A DNA stretch of 64,000 bases, taken from assembly GCA_963666275.2 (NCBI GenBank), contig CAXXOA010000001.1, positions 736,001 through 800,000 on the forward strand, given 5' to 3'. This DNA is from Oceanispirochaeta sp. (lineage in GTDB: Bacteria; Spirochaetota; Spirochaetia; DSM-2461). Position numbers and translations under genes: made by a program. This document shows, one piece after another, positions 9,523 to 18,714 of the stretch (position 1 is its first letter; every line of letters starts with the position of its first letter). A model generated the notes under the pieces. The model was not told the origin of the DNA and ran no database searches. It saw only the letters and a list, made by a program, of their open reading frames with translations.

Positions 9523-11238
9523 ATGAACTGGGACTATTCCATTGTAGATGCTGTACAGCTGATGATACCTGCAGCCTGCTCTCTCCTGCTTCTGGCAGTG
9601 ATTATCGCCTATATTTTTCTATATGCCCGCTTCCGGGAAAAGCTCTATCAGGCCGGTTTGATCATTAGCGTCTGTGCGGCGCTGTATGTCCTTTTTGAGT
9701 TCCTTGTCATTGTTACGGGCTGGACAGGGAATGTTCAGACCGGAAGGATCTTCCACCGACTGGGACAGCTGACAGGGGCTTTTTTCCTCTACGGCGTCAT
9801 GAACTTCACTTCCTGTGTGGTTCCCGAAGGGAGCCGGCTTGAGAGACTGAGCCGGGGTATGGCCCGTTTCGGCCTGGCCGCAGCGGTGGTTATTTCTGTA
9901 CTCGCGTTTGTCCTGCCCGATTCATTTATCTCCGTGACAAACGGGATTGTAAGACCGGCAATTTCCCCCGGAGATCTGGGGCGGGGAAGAGTCGGGATTC
10001 TCTACTCCCTGAGGGATGCCATGCTGGGTGTCTATCTGAGCTGCATGATTATTTTTTCAACGATTTCTCTGTTAAAGAATCACAGGGATCCCAAATATTT
10101 CATTATTGTGACCGGGACCATACTTGCGGCGGTTTCAGCAATCGATGATATCCTTTTCTACCAGTTCGGCCATAATCTCTTTCTCAATGCCTTCCGTTAT
10201 TCCCGCCTGTCCGTGGGACTCTCACTGATGATCCTTTTTATCATGACGGCTATTGTGAATGAGTTTTTCAGAACCCATGAAGAGCTGAATAAAACCCACA
10301 GGAAACTCTCGGATACCTACGGGGAGCTTCAGGATACCTACAGGAAGCTGAAAACCTCTGAAAGGAAGTACAGACACCTGTCAGAGGGGGCGGACCAGGC
10401 GATTTTCTCTCTCTCTCCGGGAATGCGCTTCATGTCTATGAATCAGAAAGCCCGGTCCTATTTCGCCCTTTCAAGAGAGAGTGAAAACAAACATTTCATC
10501 GATGTAATAAACCACTCCCACGGCGGAGACTCCCGGGTTTCCCGGCAGATTATGAACGAAAATCTGAGGCAGCTCAGCAATGATAAAGAGTCTGTTACTT
10601 TTCATACCATTGTGGATGATCCCCGGACGGGAGAGCCCGAAGAGTATGAGTTTCACTTCGATTATCTGGAAACAGATGAGCAGGAAGTGGAATATATCGG
10701 ACGGGCCACAAAGATGAAGACCTCCAGGCTGATGCGGAGCATCGAATATGAAAAGCTGAAACTCACAATTGAAAACTATATCATTGCCATCGATGATGTC
10801 GCCACCAGGCTGACTCAGACTCTGAATAAGTATATTGATCAGGGAACGGTCCTGATGGTGAAGATGGGACTTCAGGAGATCATTATCAATGCGATTGAAC
10901 ACGGAAATCTGAACATTACTTTTGATGAGAAAACCAGGGCCATGTCAGAGGGAAGGTATCTGGATTTCATCAGGGAGCGTCAGCAGGATCCCCGCTACAG
11001 GGACAGAAGGGTCTGTATCGACTATGTTCTGACAGAAGAGAGTGTTCAGTATATGGTGACCGACCAGGGATGCGGGTTTGACTTTGAATCCACCATGAAC
11101 AAGGTGGACAAAACAGTTGAAAAGGACATGCTTACCCATGGACGGGGAATCAATATGACAAGGGTTCTTTTTGATCAGGTGAAATACAATAAAAAGGGCA
11201 ATCAGGTTCTTCTTGTGAAGAATCTCAAAACTGCTTGA
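9523..11238 (+). CDS. Multi-TM sensor with coiled coil, PAS-like domain and RsbW/anti-sigma-type HATPase
   Basis: About 7 hydrophobic segments; heptad repeat; C-terminal GLQEIIINAIEHGN, VTDQGCGFD, HGRGI, YNKKGN; no HisKA H-box. Confidence 0.8.
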   Translation: MNWDYSIVDAVQLMIPAACSLLLLAVIIAYIFLYARFREKLYQAGLIISVCAALYVLFEFLVIVTGWTGNVQTGRIFHRLGQLTGAFFLYGVMNFTSCVVPEGSRLERLSRGMARFGLAAAVVISVLAFVLPDSFISVTNGIVRPAISPGDLGRGRVGILYSLRDAMLGVYLSCMIIFSTISLLKNHRDPKYFIIVTGTILAAVSAIDDILFYQFGHNLFLNAFRYSRLSVGLSLMILFIMTAIVNEFFRTHEELNKTHRKLSDTYGELQDTYRKLKTSERKYRHLSEGADQAIFSLSPGMRFMSMNQKARSYFALSRESENKHFIDVINHSHGGDSRVSRQIMNENLRQLSNDKESVTFHTIVDDPRTGEPEEYEFHFDYLETDEQEVEYIGRATKMKTSRLMRSIEYEKLKLTIENYIIAIDDVATRLTQTLNKYIDQGTVLMVKMGLQEIIINAIEHGNLNITFDEKTRAMSEGRYLDFIRERQQDPRYRDRRVCIDYVLTEESVQYMVTDQGCGFDFESTMNKVDKTVEKDMLTHGRGINMTRVLFDQVKYNKKGNQVLLVKNLKTA

Positions 11239-11302
11239 GTTTTCTGTCCCTTGAAAAAGATAGACCTCTCCCGGGACAGGTCCCGTTTCTGGTGCTACCG
11301 GG

Positions 11303-11536
11303 TCAGGCCAGCAGATCCACTTTCACTCCCATGTAATAGGGAATATCCGCTCTGTCCGATTCCCTGTATGCCTTCTTTTCTCTCTCTTTCTCCAGCCGGT
11401 TTTTCTCCTGCTCTCTTTCCTTTTCCAGCCGGCGTCCTTCATACAGCTCTTTCCGGTAGCGTTCCGCTTCCAGTTCTTCCAGGGGCCTGTTCTGTTGAAT
11501 TTCCTGAACTGGAAGCACAGTGCTTACAGCCATCAT
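11303..11536 (-). CDS. Small charged coiled-coil protein with C-terminal GxxVDxxA motif
   Basis: Own promoter TTGCAA-N17-TAAAAT (11585-11557), AGAGGT RBS, E/K/R-rich helix, ends MGVKVDLLA. Confidence 0.7.
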   Translation of the reverse strand: MMAVSTVLPVQEIQQNRPLEELEAERYRKELYEGRRLEKEREQEKNRLEKEREKKAYRESDRADIPYYMGVKVDLLA

Positions 11537-11654
11537 AACAGACCTCTATACTGGGAATTTTAATGCTTCCGATGGGAAATTGCAAAGGGGAAGGACCCGG
11601 TCCGGATCCCAGGACGGGGGAGCCTGTATCACAGCCCCGGTATGGAAATGGTTC

Positions 11655-12830
11655 TCAGCGGATTTTAAAACCGAAATTTTCCGGTATCATCCTGCGGCGG
11701 AAATCCTCATTGAAATAGCGGTCGGTCATATTGGCAATATAGTCTACGGCAATCCTTTCCGGAGGGGTCTGCTGTCTGTATTCAAGGCTCATCTTTTCTG
11801 TGGTCCACCGGTAGATATAGCTTGAGCTGTTTCTGGAATTCAGTTCATTCAGATAGGTCCGGAAAAGATAGCGGAACATATTTTCAATCTTCTCATCTTC
11901 AGATTTTTTATCCGGGTTCTGATAGATCATCCTGTAGTTGAACTCCATCTGGGATTTCAGGGCTTTGAAGATGCGGGAAGAGAAACTGAGAAAAGGCTTT
12001 GCGAAGCTCTGTTCTATCAGGTCGTATGCCAGAGTCTGAATGATATGGTCGTTCCGGTCACCCAGGACGGACTTTGTCTCTCCGGGAAGATCCTCCCGTC
12101 TTATCATGCCGATTGTGATGGCGTCTTCGATGTCTCGGCCTATATAGGCTATGATATCGGATATCCTGACGACACAGCCCTCCAGAGTCATGGGACGGAT
12201 TTTCCGGGAAGCCTTCTCGATTGTAAAGCAGCTGTTATACTCTTCCAGCAGCTGTTCCCGGGTTTTGTTTCTGTCCGGAGCGTATTCCTGCTCCAGAAGT
12301 TCTCCGTTGTGGCTGAGTATTCCGTCGAGTACCTGGATCGTCAGATTCAGCCCTCTGCCGTGGTTTTCCAGAGCGATCAGGGTTCTCATGCTCTGGGCGT
12401 TGTGGACAAAAAGACCGCAGCCCGCCTCCCGGCAGATACTGTTCAGATATTTTTCTCCGTCATGCCCATAGGGAACATGGCCCAGATCGTGACCCAGGGC
12501 GATGGCTTCTATAAGATCTTCGTTCAGCTGAAGCGACCTTCCAATCATCCTGGCAATTTTTGAAACCAGCTGGACATGGAGAACCCTGTGGGTGATGTGG
12601 TCGTTCTGAAACAGGGAAAAAACCTGAGTCTTATCGATGTAACGGGTATAGGAGTGGGAGTGGATGATCCGGTCCGTATCCCGGGAGAAGGAGGAACGGA
12701 TATCCGGAAGGGCCTTTTTTTCCGGATTCAGGCGGATTCCCCTGCTGCTGGGACAGGCCTGGGGGGAGAGGGTCATCTCCTCCCTCCTTTTATTGTGAGC
12801 TACTATGTCGGATATCAGTTTCGCCTTCAT
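11655..12830 (-). CDS. HD-domain dNTP triphosphohydrolase (dGTPase-like)
   Basis: FSRDTDRIIHS, DKTQVF, HRVLH, GHDLGHVPYGHDGE, SDIIAY; true start MKAKL at 12830 (ATGA overlap). Confidence 0.9.
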   Translation of the reverse strand: MKAKLISDIVAHNKRREEMTLSPQACPSSRGIRLNPEKKALPDIRSSFSRDTDRIIHSHSYTRYIDKTQVFSLFQNDHITHRVLHVQLVSKIARMIGRSLQLNEDLIEAIALGHDLGHVPYGHDGEKYLNSICREAGCGLFVHNAQSMRTLIALENHGRGLNLTIQVLDGILSHNGELLEQEYAPDRNKTREQLLEEYNSCFTIEKASRKIRPMTLEGCVVRISDIIAYIGRDIEDAITIGMIRREDLPGETKSVLGDRNDHIIQTLAYDLIEQSFAKPFLSFSSRIFKALKSQMEFNYRMIYQNPDKKSEDEKIENMFRYLFRTYLNELNSRNSSSYIYRWTTEKMSLEYRQQTPPERIAVDYIANMTDRYFNEDFRRRMIPENFGFKIR

Positions 12831-13543
12831 CGGCCGCCTCTCGCCTTGTTGATTTCTTCCCGGTAGAGTGTAAGGAATTCTTCCTTCCGCTTCAATCGGT
12901 ACTGCATGATCCACCGGGGGTGGGGAAGGGGGCGTATCTCTTTGAAAAAATGATGCTCCCTGTTGAGCTCCTGCAGGATCCTGTAGTTTTTTCCCTGCCC
13001 CAGACAGAAGGCTGTATTCCGGTCGGCTCCCAGTGCCAGCTGCTGCCGGAAGGTTTCCAGGATCCAGGGTTTCAGGGTATTCCACAGGCCGGGCGTATCG
13101 TAATAGTTGCGGTTCTTTCCCTTCCATGTGAACCCCAGAGGGGAAAAGGCAGTCAGGAAAACATGGCTGTAGAACAGATCCGCCCCACCGTAGCTTTCTA
13201 TCATCTCATAAATAAAACGCGAGGAGAGCTCATGAGTCTTGGGAAAGGGATTGGCAATGCCGCAGCTTTCCTCCAGATAGACCGGATCTGTAAAGGCCAG
13301 GCCTGTGACTCCTCCGCCGAATCGTCCCGGATTGATTCCTATCAGGAAAATCCGGGGATTGTTATCCCTGAAATATTTGTCAAAAAAACTGTGGATCATC
13401 TTCTGTACGGTTTCATCTGCGTAGGGATAGATGACTTCCGTTTCGTCAGGCAGATTCTTCAGAGGGGGAAGATCCCGGAGGAAGCGATAGTACCGTTCCG
13501 AGAAAAAGTCCTCCCGGCTTTCATTGGAAATTTCATTGACCAT
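12827..13543 (-). CDS. SMUG2/DUF4918-type uracil-DNA glycosylase family protein
   Basis: GINPGRFGGGVTGLAFTDP, HELSSRFIY, NYYD, LPHPRWIMQY; GGAGG RBS before MVNEIS. Confidence 0.88.
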   Translation of the reverse strand: MVNEISNESREDFFSERYYRFLRDLPPLKNLPDETEVIYPYADETVQKMIHSFFDKYFRDNNPRIFLIGINPGRFGGGVTGLAFTDPVYLEESCGIANPFPKTHELSSRFIYEMIESYGGADLFYSHVFLTAFSPLGFTWKGKNRNYYDTPGLWNTLKPWILETFRQQLALGADRNTAFCLGQGKNYRILQELNREHHFFKEIRPLPHPRWIMQYRLKRKEEFLTLYREEINKARGGR

Positions 13544-13640
13544 GTAACAACCTCCCGGGGAAGTCCCCCTTTTGAATTTACTCCCAAAAAAAAGGAGAAT
13601 GATAGACATTCTCCTTATGATTCAGAAACAGCGGATGAAC

Positions 13641-14762
13641 TCAGCTGTTCAGATATTCAAGGGTTATCTGAAGCATCCGGCGCACCGGTTCTGCGGCTCC
13701 CCACAGAAGCTGGTCGCCCACAGTAAAGGCCGTCAGATATTCAGGGCCCATATTCAGTTTTCTGACACGGCCCACAGGGACATTCATTGTTCCCGAAACA
13801 GCGGCGGGGGCAAGTTCCTTCAGTGTGATCTCTTTGCTGTTGGGGACGAACTTCGCCCAGTCTGTACTGGAGGCGATGATATCCTCCACTTCGCTGAGGG
13901 CGACATCTTTTGTCAGCTTGATCGTCAAAGCCTGGCTGTGGCAGCGCATGGCGCCGATTCTCACACAAAGTCCGTCTATGGGAACCATCGGATCGTTCAT
14001 CAGAATCTTGTTGGTTTCTGCAAATCCTTTCCACTCTTCCTTGGTCATGCCGTTATCCATGGGTTTATCAATCCAGGGAATCAGGGACCCTGCCAGGGGA
14101 GCACCGAACTGCTGTGTCGGATAGCTGTCCGACCGGAGGGTTTCGGTTATTTTTCGGTCAAGGTCCAGTATGGCACTGGAAGGATCCATCAATCCCTTTC
14201 CGGCCTGTCCGAGAACTCCCATCTGGGAAATAAGTTCCCGCATATTCTGAGCTCCCGCACCGGAAGCAGCCTGATAGGTCATGGAGGTCATCCATTCCAC
14301 CAGATTTTCTCTGAACAGTCCTCCCAGACCCATAAGCATCAGGCTGACAGTGCAGTTTCCGCCGGCAAAGGTTTTGATCCCTTTCGCCAGGCCCTGATCA
14401 ATCACGTTTCTGTTGACCGGATCAAGAACAATAAGACTGTCATCTGCCATTCTCAGTGTGGAAGCGGCATCGATCCAGTAGCCTTTCCATCCGGATTTTT
14501 TCAGTTCAGGATAGACTTTTTCTGTATAAGAACCGCCCTGGCATGTGAGGATTATATCCTGTCCCATCAGGGTTTCCAGGTTATAGGCATCTGCCAGAGG
14601 AGGCAGCTCTCTTCCGACTTCCGGAGCTTTCTGTCCGGCCTGGGATGTGGAGAAAAACAGAGGCTCCATATCTTTTGATTTCAGGTCACCTTCGGCAATC
14701 ATCCTCTCCATAAGGACCGAACCAACCATACCTCTCCATCCGATAATCCCGACTTTTTTCAC
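13641..14762 (-). CDS. asd: Aspartate-semialdehyde dehydrogenase (E. coli/gammaproteobacterial-type)
   Basis: [62 protein letters not shown]. Confidence 0.97.
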   Translation of the reverse strand: MKKVGIIGWRGMVGSVLMERMIAEGDLKSKDMEPLFFSTSQAGQKAPEVGRELPPLADAYNLETLMGQDIILTCQGGSYTEKVYPELKKSGWKGYWIDAASTLRMADDSLIVLDPVNRNVIDQGLAKGIKTFAGGNCTVSLMLMGLGGLFRENLVEWMTSMTYQAASGAGAQNMRELISQMGVLGQAGKGLMDPSSAILDLDRKITETLRSDSYPTQQFGAPLAGSLIPWIDKPMDNGMTKEEWKGFAETNKILMNDPMVPIDGLCVRIGAMRCHSQALTIKLTKDVALSEVEDIIASSTDWAKFVPNSKEITLKELAPAAVSGTMNVPVGRVRKLNMGPEYLTAFTVGDQLLWGAAEPVRRMLQITLEYLNS

Positions 14763-14976
14763 GGTTCTCTCCTAGTTCTTTCCATGGCTTGAAGCCATTT
14801 TATGTTTTAAAAAATATAGCGGAATATAAGGGCTCTGTAAATGCAGTGAAACATTCACTAGTGTAAAAATAGTCCTCTCTTCATTATGAAAACACAGGGA
14901 ATACAGATAAAATTCTTTGACGAACAGAGGAAATTAAGGCATTATTAGGAAGGTATCACATGTAAAAACAGGAGAA

Positions 14977-16653
14977 ATGAAAATGTCTGATATACTTCAG
15001 AAGCTGACACTGGCCGAAGGATGGAACAGGAGTCGTAATCTTTATGGAGAGAAAGCTTTCCTGGGATATGCCGACGGGCAATCAGTCAGTTATGAAGAAT
15101 CCGGTAGGATCATTAGTCTTATACAGCAGTTCCTTGATGAAAAAGGGATAAGACCGGGAGATAAAGTCAGCCTTATCAGCGAAAGCCGCCCCGAGTGGGG
15201 ACTTGTTTATCTGGCACTGACGACCATGGGAGTCGTCGCTGTCCCTGTCATGGTGGATTTCTCAGCAGAACAGATACAGAATATACTCGATCATTCGGAA
15301 GCTTCCTTCCTTTTTGTTTCAGAAAAAGTTCTTGCCAGGATGGGGGAGTCTCCTCTGGTGAAGGATAAAAAGTATGTTCTTCTGAAAGAGCTGTCCCTCC
15401 TTTTCGAACCTGAGTCCAGGGATTTTATCCAGGAGATCCTGGGCGGAGATTCCTCCGGTGTCTCCCGTCTTGATAATCTGGAATTCCCCGAAGAAGATAC
15501 CATGGCGGCAATCCTGTATACTTCAGGGACAACCGGATCCTCCAAAGGGGTCATGCTGTCTCATAAAAATATTACCCATAATGCCATGGTCGGCATTGAT
15601 GTCGGTCACATTCGTCCGGGAGACAGTTTCCTTTCGGTTCTGCCCCTGGCCCATACCTATGAATGTACCATCGGTCTGATCCTTCCCATGCTGTCGGGAG
15701 CAGAAATCCGTTATCTCAAAGGGGCTCCCACACCCCGGATTATGCTCTCCGCCCTTTCTGTTGTCAGACCGACCCATATGCTGACTGTTCCTCTTCTGAT
15801 AGAGAAAATATACCGTTCCAGTATCCTTCCGAAGCTGACCGCTTCTCCGGTGCTGAAAACTCTCTATAATATTCCCTTCACCCGTTTCCTCCTTCACAGA
15901 TTTGTTGCGGGAAAGAAACTGAAAGAGCTTTTCGGAGGAAATATCCGGTTCTTCGGAATCGGCGGGGCTCCCCTGGGGCCGGATGTGGAGAAATTCCTCA
16001 GAGATGCGAAATTTCCCTACTCCATCGGTTACGGCCTGACGGAAACAGCTCCCTGTCTTGCAGGCGCCAAACCGGAAGAAACAGTCTACAGGTCTATCGG
16101 TCCCGCTTTCAGGGATGTGGAACTGAGGATTGCCGATATCAATCCTGAAACAGGTCATGGTGAGGTTCAGGCCAAAGGTCCCAATATCATGTTGGGGTAC
16201 TACAAAGAGCCGAAGAAAACCGCTCAGGTTTTCACGGAAGACGGATGGTTTAAAACAGGAGACCTCGGTTTTCTCAGTAAGCAGGGCGTTCTGTTTATCA
16301 AGGGAAGGCTGAAAAATATGATCCTCGGTCCCAACGGAGAGAATATCTACCCCGAAGAGATCGAAGCTGTGATCAACAGAGATCCTTTTGTTCTGGAATC
16401 GCTCGTGGTCCGAATGGGCAACAGCCTTGTCGCAAGGGTTCAGCTGAACAGTGAAAGGATTGATGAGTTTGTCAATAATCTCAAAGGATCTCCGGAAGAG
16501 CTCATGAGAATGAAGAAGGAAATTCTGGAGTCTATCCGCAAAAAAGCCAATGAAAGTCTGAGTGTTCTTTCCAGGCTGAGCGAGCTGATTGAGCAGGTGG
16601 AACCCTTTGAAAAAACACCATCTTTGAAAATTAAGCGCTTTCTCTACACCTGA
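14977..16653 (+). CDS. Long-chain fatty acid--CoA ligase (AMP-binding)
   Basis: YTSGTTGSSKG, GYGLTE, FKTGDLG, GENIYPEEIE. Confidence 0.92.
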   Translation: MKMSDILQKLTLAEGWNRSRNLYGEKAFLGYADGQSVSYEESGRIISLIQQFLDEKGIRPGDKVSLISESRPEWGLVYLALTTMGVVAVPVMVDFSAEQIQNILDHSEASFLFVSEKVLARMGESPLVKDKKYVLLKELSLLFEPESRDFIQEILGGDSSGVSRLDNLEFPEEDTMAAILYTSGTTGSSKGVMLSHKNITHNAMVGIDVGHIRPGDSFLSVLPLAHTYECTIGLILPMLSGAEIRYLKGAPTPRIMLSALSVVRPTHMLTVPLLIEKIYRSSILPKLTASPVLKTLYNIPFTRFLLHRFVAGKKLKELFGGNIRFFGIGGAPLGPDVEKFLRDAKFPYSIGYGLTETAPCLAGAKPEETVYRSIGPAFRDVELRIADINPETGHGEVQAKGPNIMLGYYKEPKKTAQVFTEDGWFKTGDLGFLSKQGVLFIKGRLKNMILGPNGENIYPEEIEAVINRDPFVLESLVVRMGNSLVARVQLNSERIDEFVNNLKGSPEELMRMKKEILESIRKKANESLSVLSRLSELIEQVEPFEKTPSLKIKRFLYT

Positions 16654-16674
16654 TGCCTATGATAGAATACGCTT

Positions 16675-17064
16675 ATGATCGATATAAGTCCCTTTGAAAT
16701 AGCGAATGATACTCTCGCTGATCTCAGATTAAGTGCCCGGATTGAGGAGGTTTCCTCCCGGGAACGTATTATCATTTCTATGGAGGGAGTCCTCAGTCAC
16801 ACCAACACGGCGGAATTTACAGACTGCATTATAGGATTCTTCCAGACCGACTGGAAGGGCGCTGTTATCGTTCTGGAACTGTCCGGGCTTCAGTATATCT
16901 CTTCTAGCGGTATCGGGGCATTTACGACTATCCGCATGCAGGCAGATCTGAAGGACAGCGATCTCTACCTTCTGAATATGAATGCCAAAGTCCGAAAAGT
17001 CTTTGATCAGCTCGGATTTACGGCTTTTTTCAAACTCATCGACAGTTTTGAGGATATTCCGTGA
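16675..17064 (+). CDS. STAS-domain anti-sigma-factor antagonist
   Basis: LELSGLQYISSSGIG (phosphorylatable Ser), KVRKVFDQLGF. Confidence 0.9.
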   Translation: MIDISPFEIANDTLADLRLSARIEEVSSRERIIISMEGVLSHTNTAEFTDCIIGFFQTDWKGAVIVLELSGLQYISSSGIGAFTTIRMQADLKDSDLYLLNMNAKVRKVFDQLGFTAFFKLIDSFEDIP

Positions 17065-17065
17065 T

Positions 17066-17680
17066 ATGAGTGATTCAGGCGTACCTGAAAGCAAAAACTG
17101 GCGTCATGATATGAGGTCCTCCCTGAACGGGATCATCTGTATGGGGAGTTTGCTTGAAGATACGGATCTGAATGGAGAGCAGCTGGATCTGCTCCGGTAT
17201 ATGATGGAATCCGCCCGGAAAGCTCTGGGAATCCTGGAGGACAAATCCGGTACTGAAACGCTCTCCCAAGGACCTGCGGAAGAAAATTTAACGTCTCTTC
17301 TATCCCCTGAAAAATTTCATGTTCTTGTCGCGGAAGACGATGAAATCAACCGACTCTATCTCACCACAATTCTCAAACGCCAGAACTGGGAGATCTCTCA
17401 GGCTGTCGATGGGTTTCAGGCTGTTGAATCCTGCCGGAGACACTCTTTTAATATTATACTGATGGATGTGAGCATGCCCGGGCTGGATGGCATTCAGGCT
17501 GCCCAGAGAATCCGTGAGGCCGGGATAGAATGCCCGATCATTGTCATTACAGCCCATAGTATACTGGATTTTCAGGAGGATTTTGTGCAGTCCTCCATAG
17601 ATGCGGTCCTCAGGAAACCCTTTGATGAAGAACAGCTTATACAGACCATCGGCAGGCTGACGGATCAGGAAGTCTCCTGA
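17066..17680 (+). CDS. HisKA(DHp)-receiver protein lacking a HATPase domain
   Basis: H-box RHDMRSSLNGI followed after about 25 aa of linker by REC (VAEDD, ILMDVSMPGLDG, ITAH, KPF). Confidence 0.8.
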   Translation: MSDSGVPESKNWRHDMRSSLNGIICMGSLLEDTDLNGEQLDLLRYMMESARKALGILEDKSGTETLSQGPAEENLTSLLSPEKFHVLVAEDDEINRLYLTTILKRQNWEISQAVDGFQAVESCRRHSFNIILMDVSMPGLDGIQAAQRIREAGIECPIIVITAHSILDFQEDFVQSSIDAVLRKPFDEEQLIQTIGRLTDQEVS

Positions 17681-17682
17681 AT

Positions 17683-17716
17683 AAAAAAAAGGCTCTCACA
17701 ACGTAAGAGCCTTTTT
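17683..17716. terminator. Bidirectional intrinsic terminator
   Basis: A8-GGCTCT...AGAGCC-T5. Confidence 0.85.
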
Positions 17717-17930
17717 AAAAATGGAGAAAGTAAAATGAAAAATCTTCAACCAGTAATAATCTGTCTTAAAACTTCTGAAGCTTTTAATTAACAAACATCA
17801 GCAACTGGCCTATGTTACAAAAATAATTTGGAAGTGTGTCAATTTCTTGTTTCAGGAATGAATACTTTGTATTTGTTTTTGCCATTCCTGTGTGGACAAG
17901 TTGCTGGAACCTCCAGATCCACCTGTTTTG

Positions 17931-18698
17931 TCAGTACTTCCGGGGGATGAATCTCTGATGTTCCAGGGGGGGGCGTTTGTAATTCCCCTTTGTTTTCGGG
18001 GGGAGTTCAATCTTTTCCCGGGGTATCTCTTCATAGGGGATCAGGGAGAGCAGATGGCTGATACAGTTCAGCCTGGCTTCCTTTTTGCTGTCAGCGGGAA
18101 CGACATACCAGGGAGAGTCCTCGGTGTCGCAAAAGCTGAACATGATGTCCTTGGCCCGGGAGTATTCCTCCCAGAGCTCCCTGGATTTCAGATCCATGGG
18201 ACTTATTTTCCATCTTTTGGTGGGATTATCAATCCGGCTCTGAAATCGCTTTTCCTGCTCCCTGTCAGAGACGGAAAACCAGTATTTTACAAGGATGATT
18301 CCGGACCGGATGAGCATCCTTTCAAACTCCGGACAGGATATGTAGAATTCCTCCCACTGATCGGGAGTTGTGAATCCCATGACTCTGTCCACACCCACAC
18401 AGTTGTACCAGCTTCTGTCAAACAGTACCATTTCACCTTCTGCCGGTAGGTAGGGCACATAACGCTGGAAGTACCACTGGCTTTCCTCTCTGTCGGTCGG
18501 TTTTCCCAGGGCTGCAATATGGCAGAAACGGGGATTCAAAGATTCTGTTATTCTTTTTATAACCCCGCCCTTTCCCGCGGCATCTCTTCCCTCAAACAGA
18601 ACGACAACTTTAAGTTTCCTGTATTTGATCCACTCCTGAAGTTTAACCAGTTCTATCTGCAGACCGGCCAGTTCCTTTTCATAGAGTTTTCTGTTCAT
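17931..18698 (-). CDS. ppk2: Polyphosphate kinase 2
   Basis: FEGRDAAGKGG, WYFQRY, FDRSWYN, WKISPMD. Confidence 0.96.
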   Translation of the reverse strand: MNRKLYEKELAGLQIELVKLQEWIKYRKLKVVVLFEGRDAAGKGGVIKRITESLNPRFCHIAALGKPTDREESQWYFQRYVPYLPAEGEMVLFDRSWYNCVGVDRVMGFTTPDQWEEFYISCPEFERMLIRSGIILVKYWFSVSDREQEKRFQSRIDNPTKRWKISPMDLKSRELWEEYSRAKDIMFSFCDTEDSPWYVVPADSKKEARLNCISHLLSLIPYEEIPREKIELPPKTKGNYKRPPLEHQRFIPRKY

Positions 18699-18714
18699 AC
18701 AGTTTCACCTCATT

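Noticed and set aside
12831..13127. N-terminal extension of the HD hydrolase ORF (490 aa)
   Set aside because: Overlaps the SMUG2 gene in another frame; the ATGA-coupled start at 12830 gives a normal-length protein.
14763..14976. Lysine riboswitch or T-box upstream of asd; FadR box (AGTGAA-aca-TTCACT) upstream of the acyl-CoA ligase
   Set aside because: No riboswitch or T-box core motifs; the palindrome is short and single, so it cannot be assigned.
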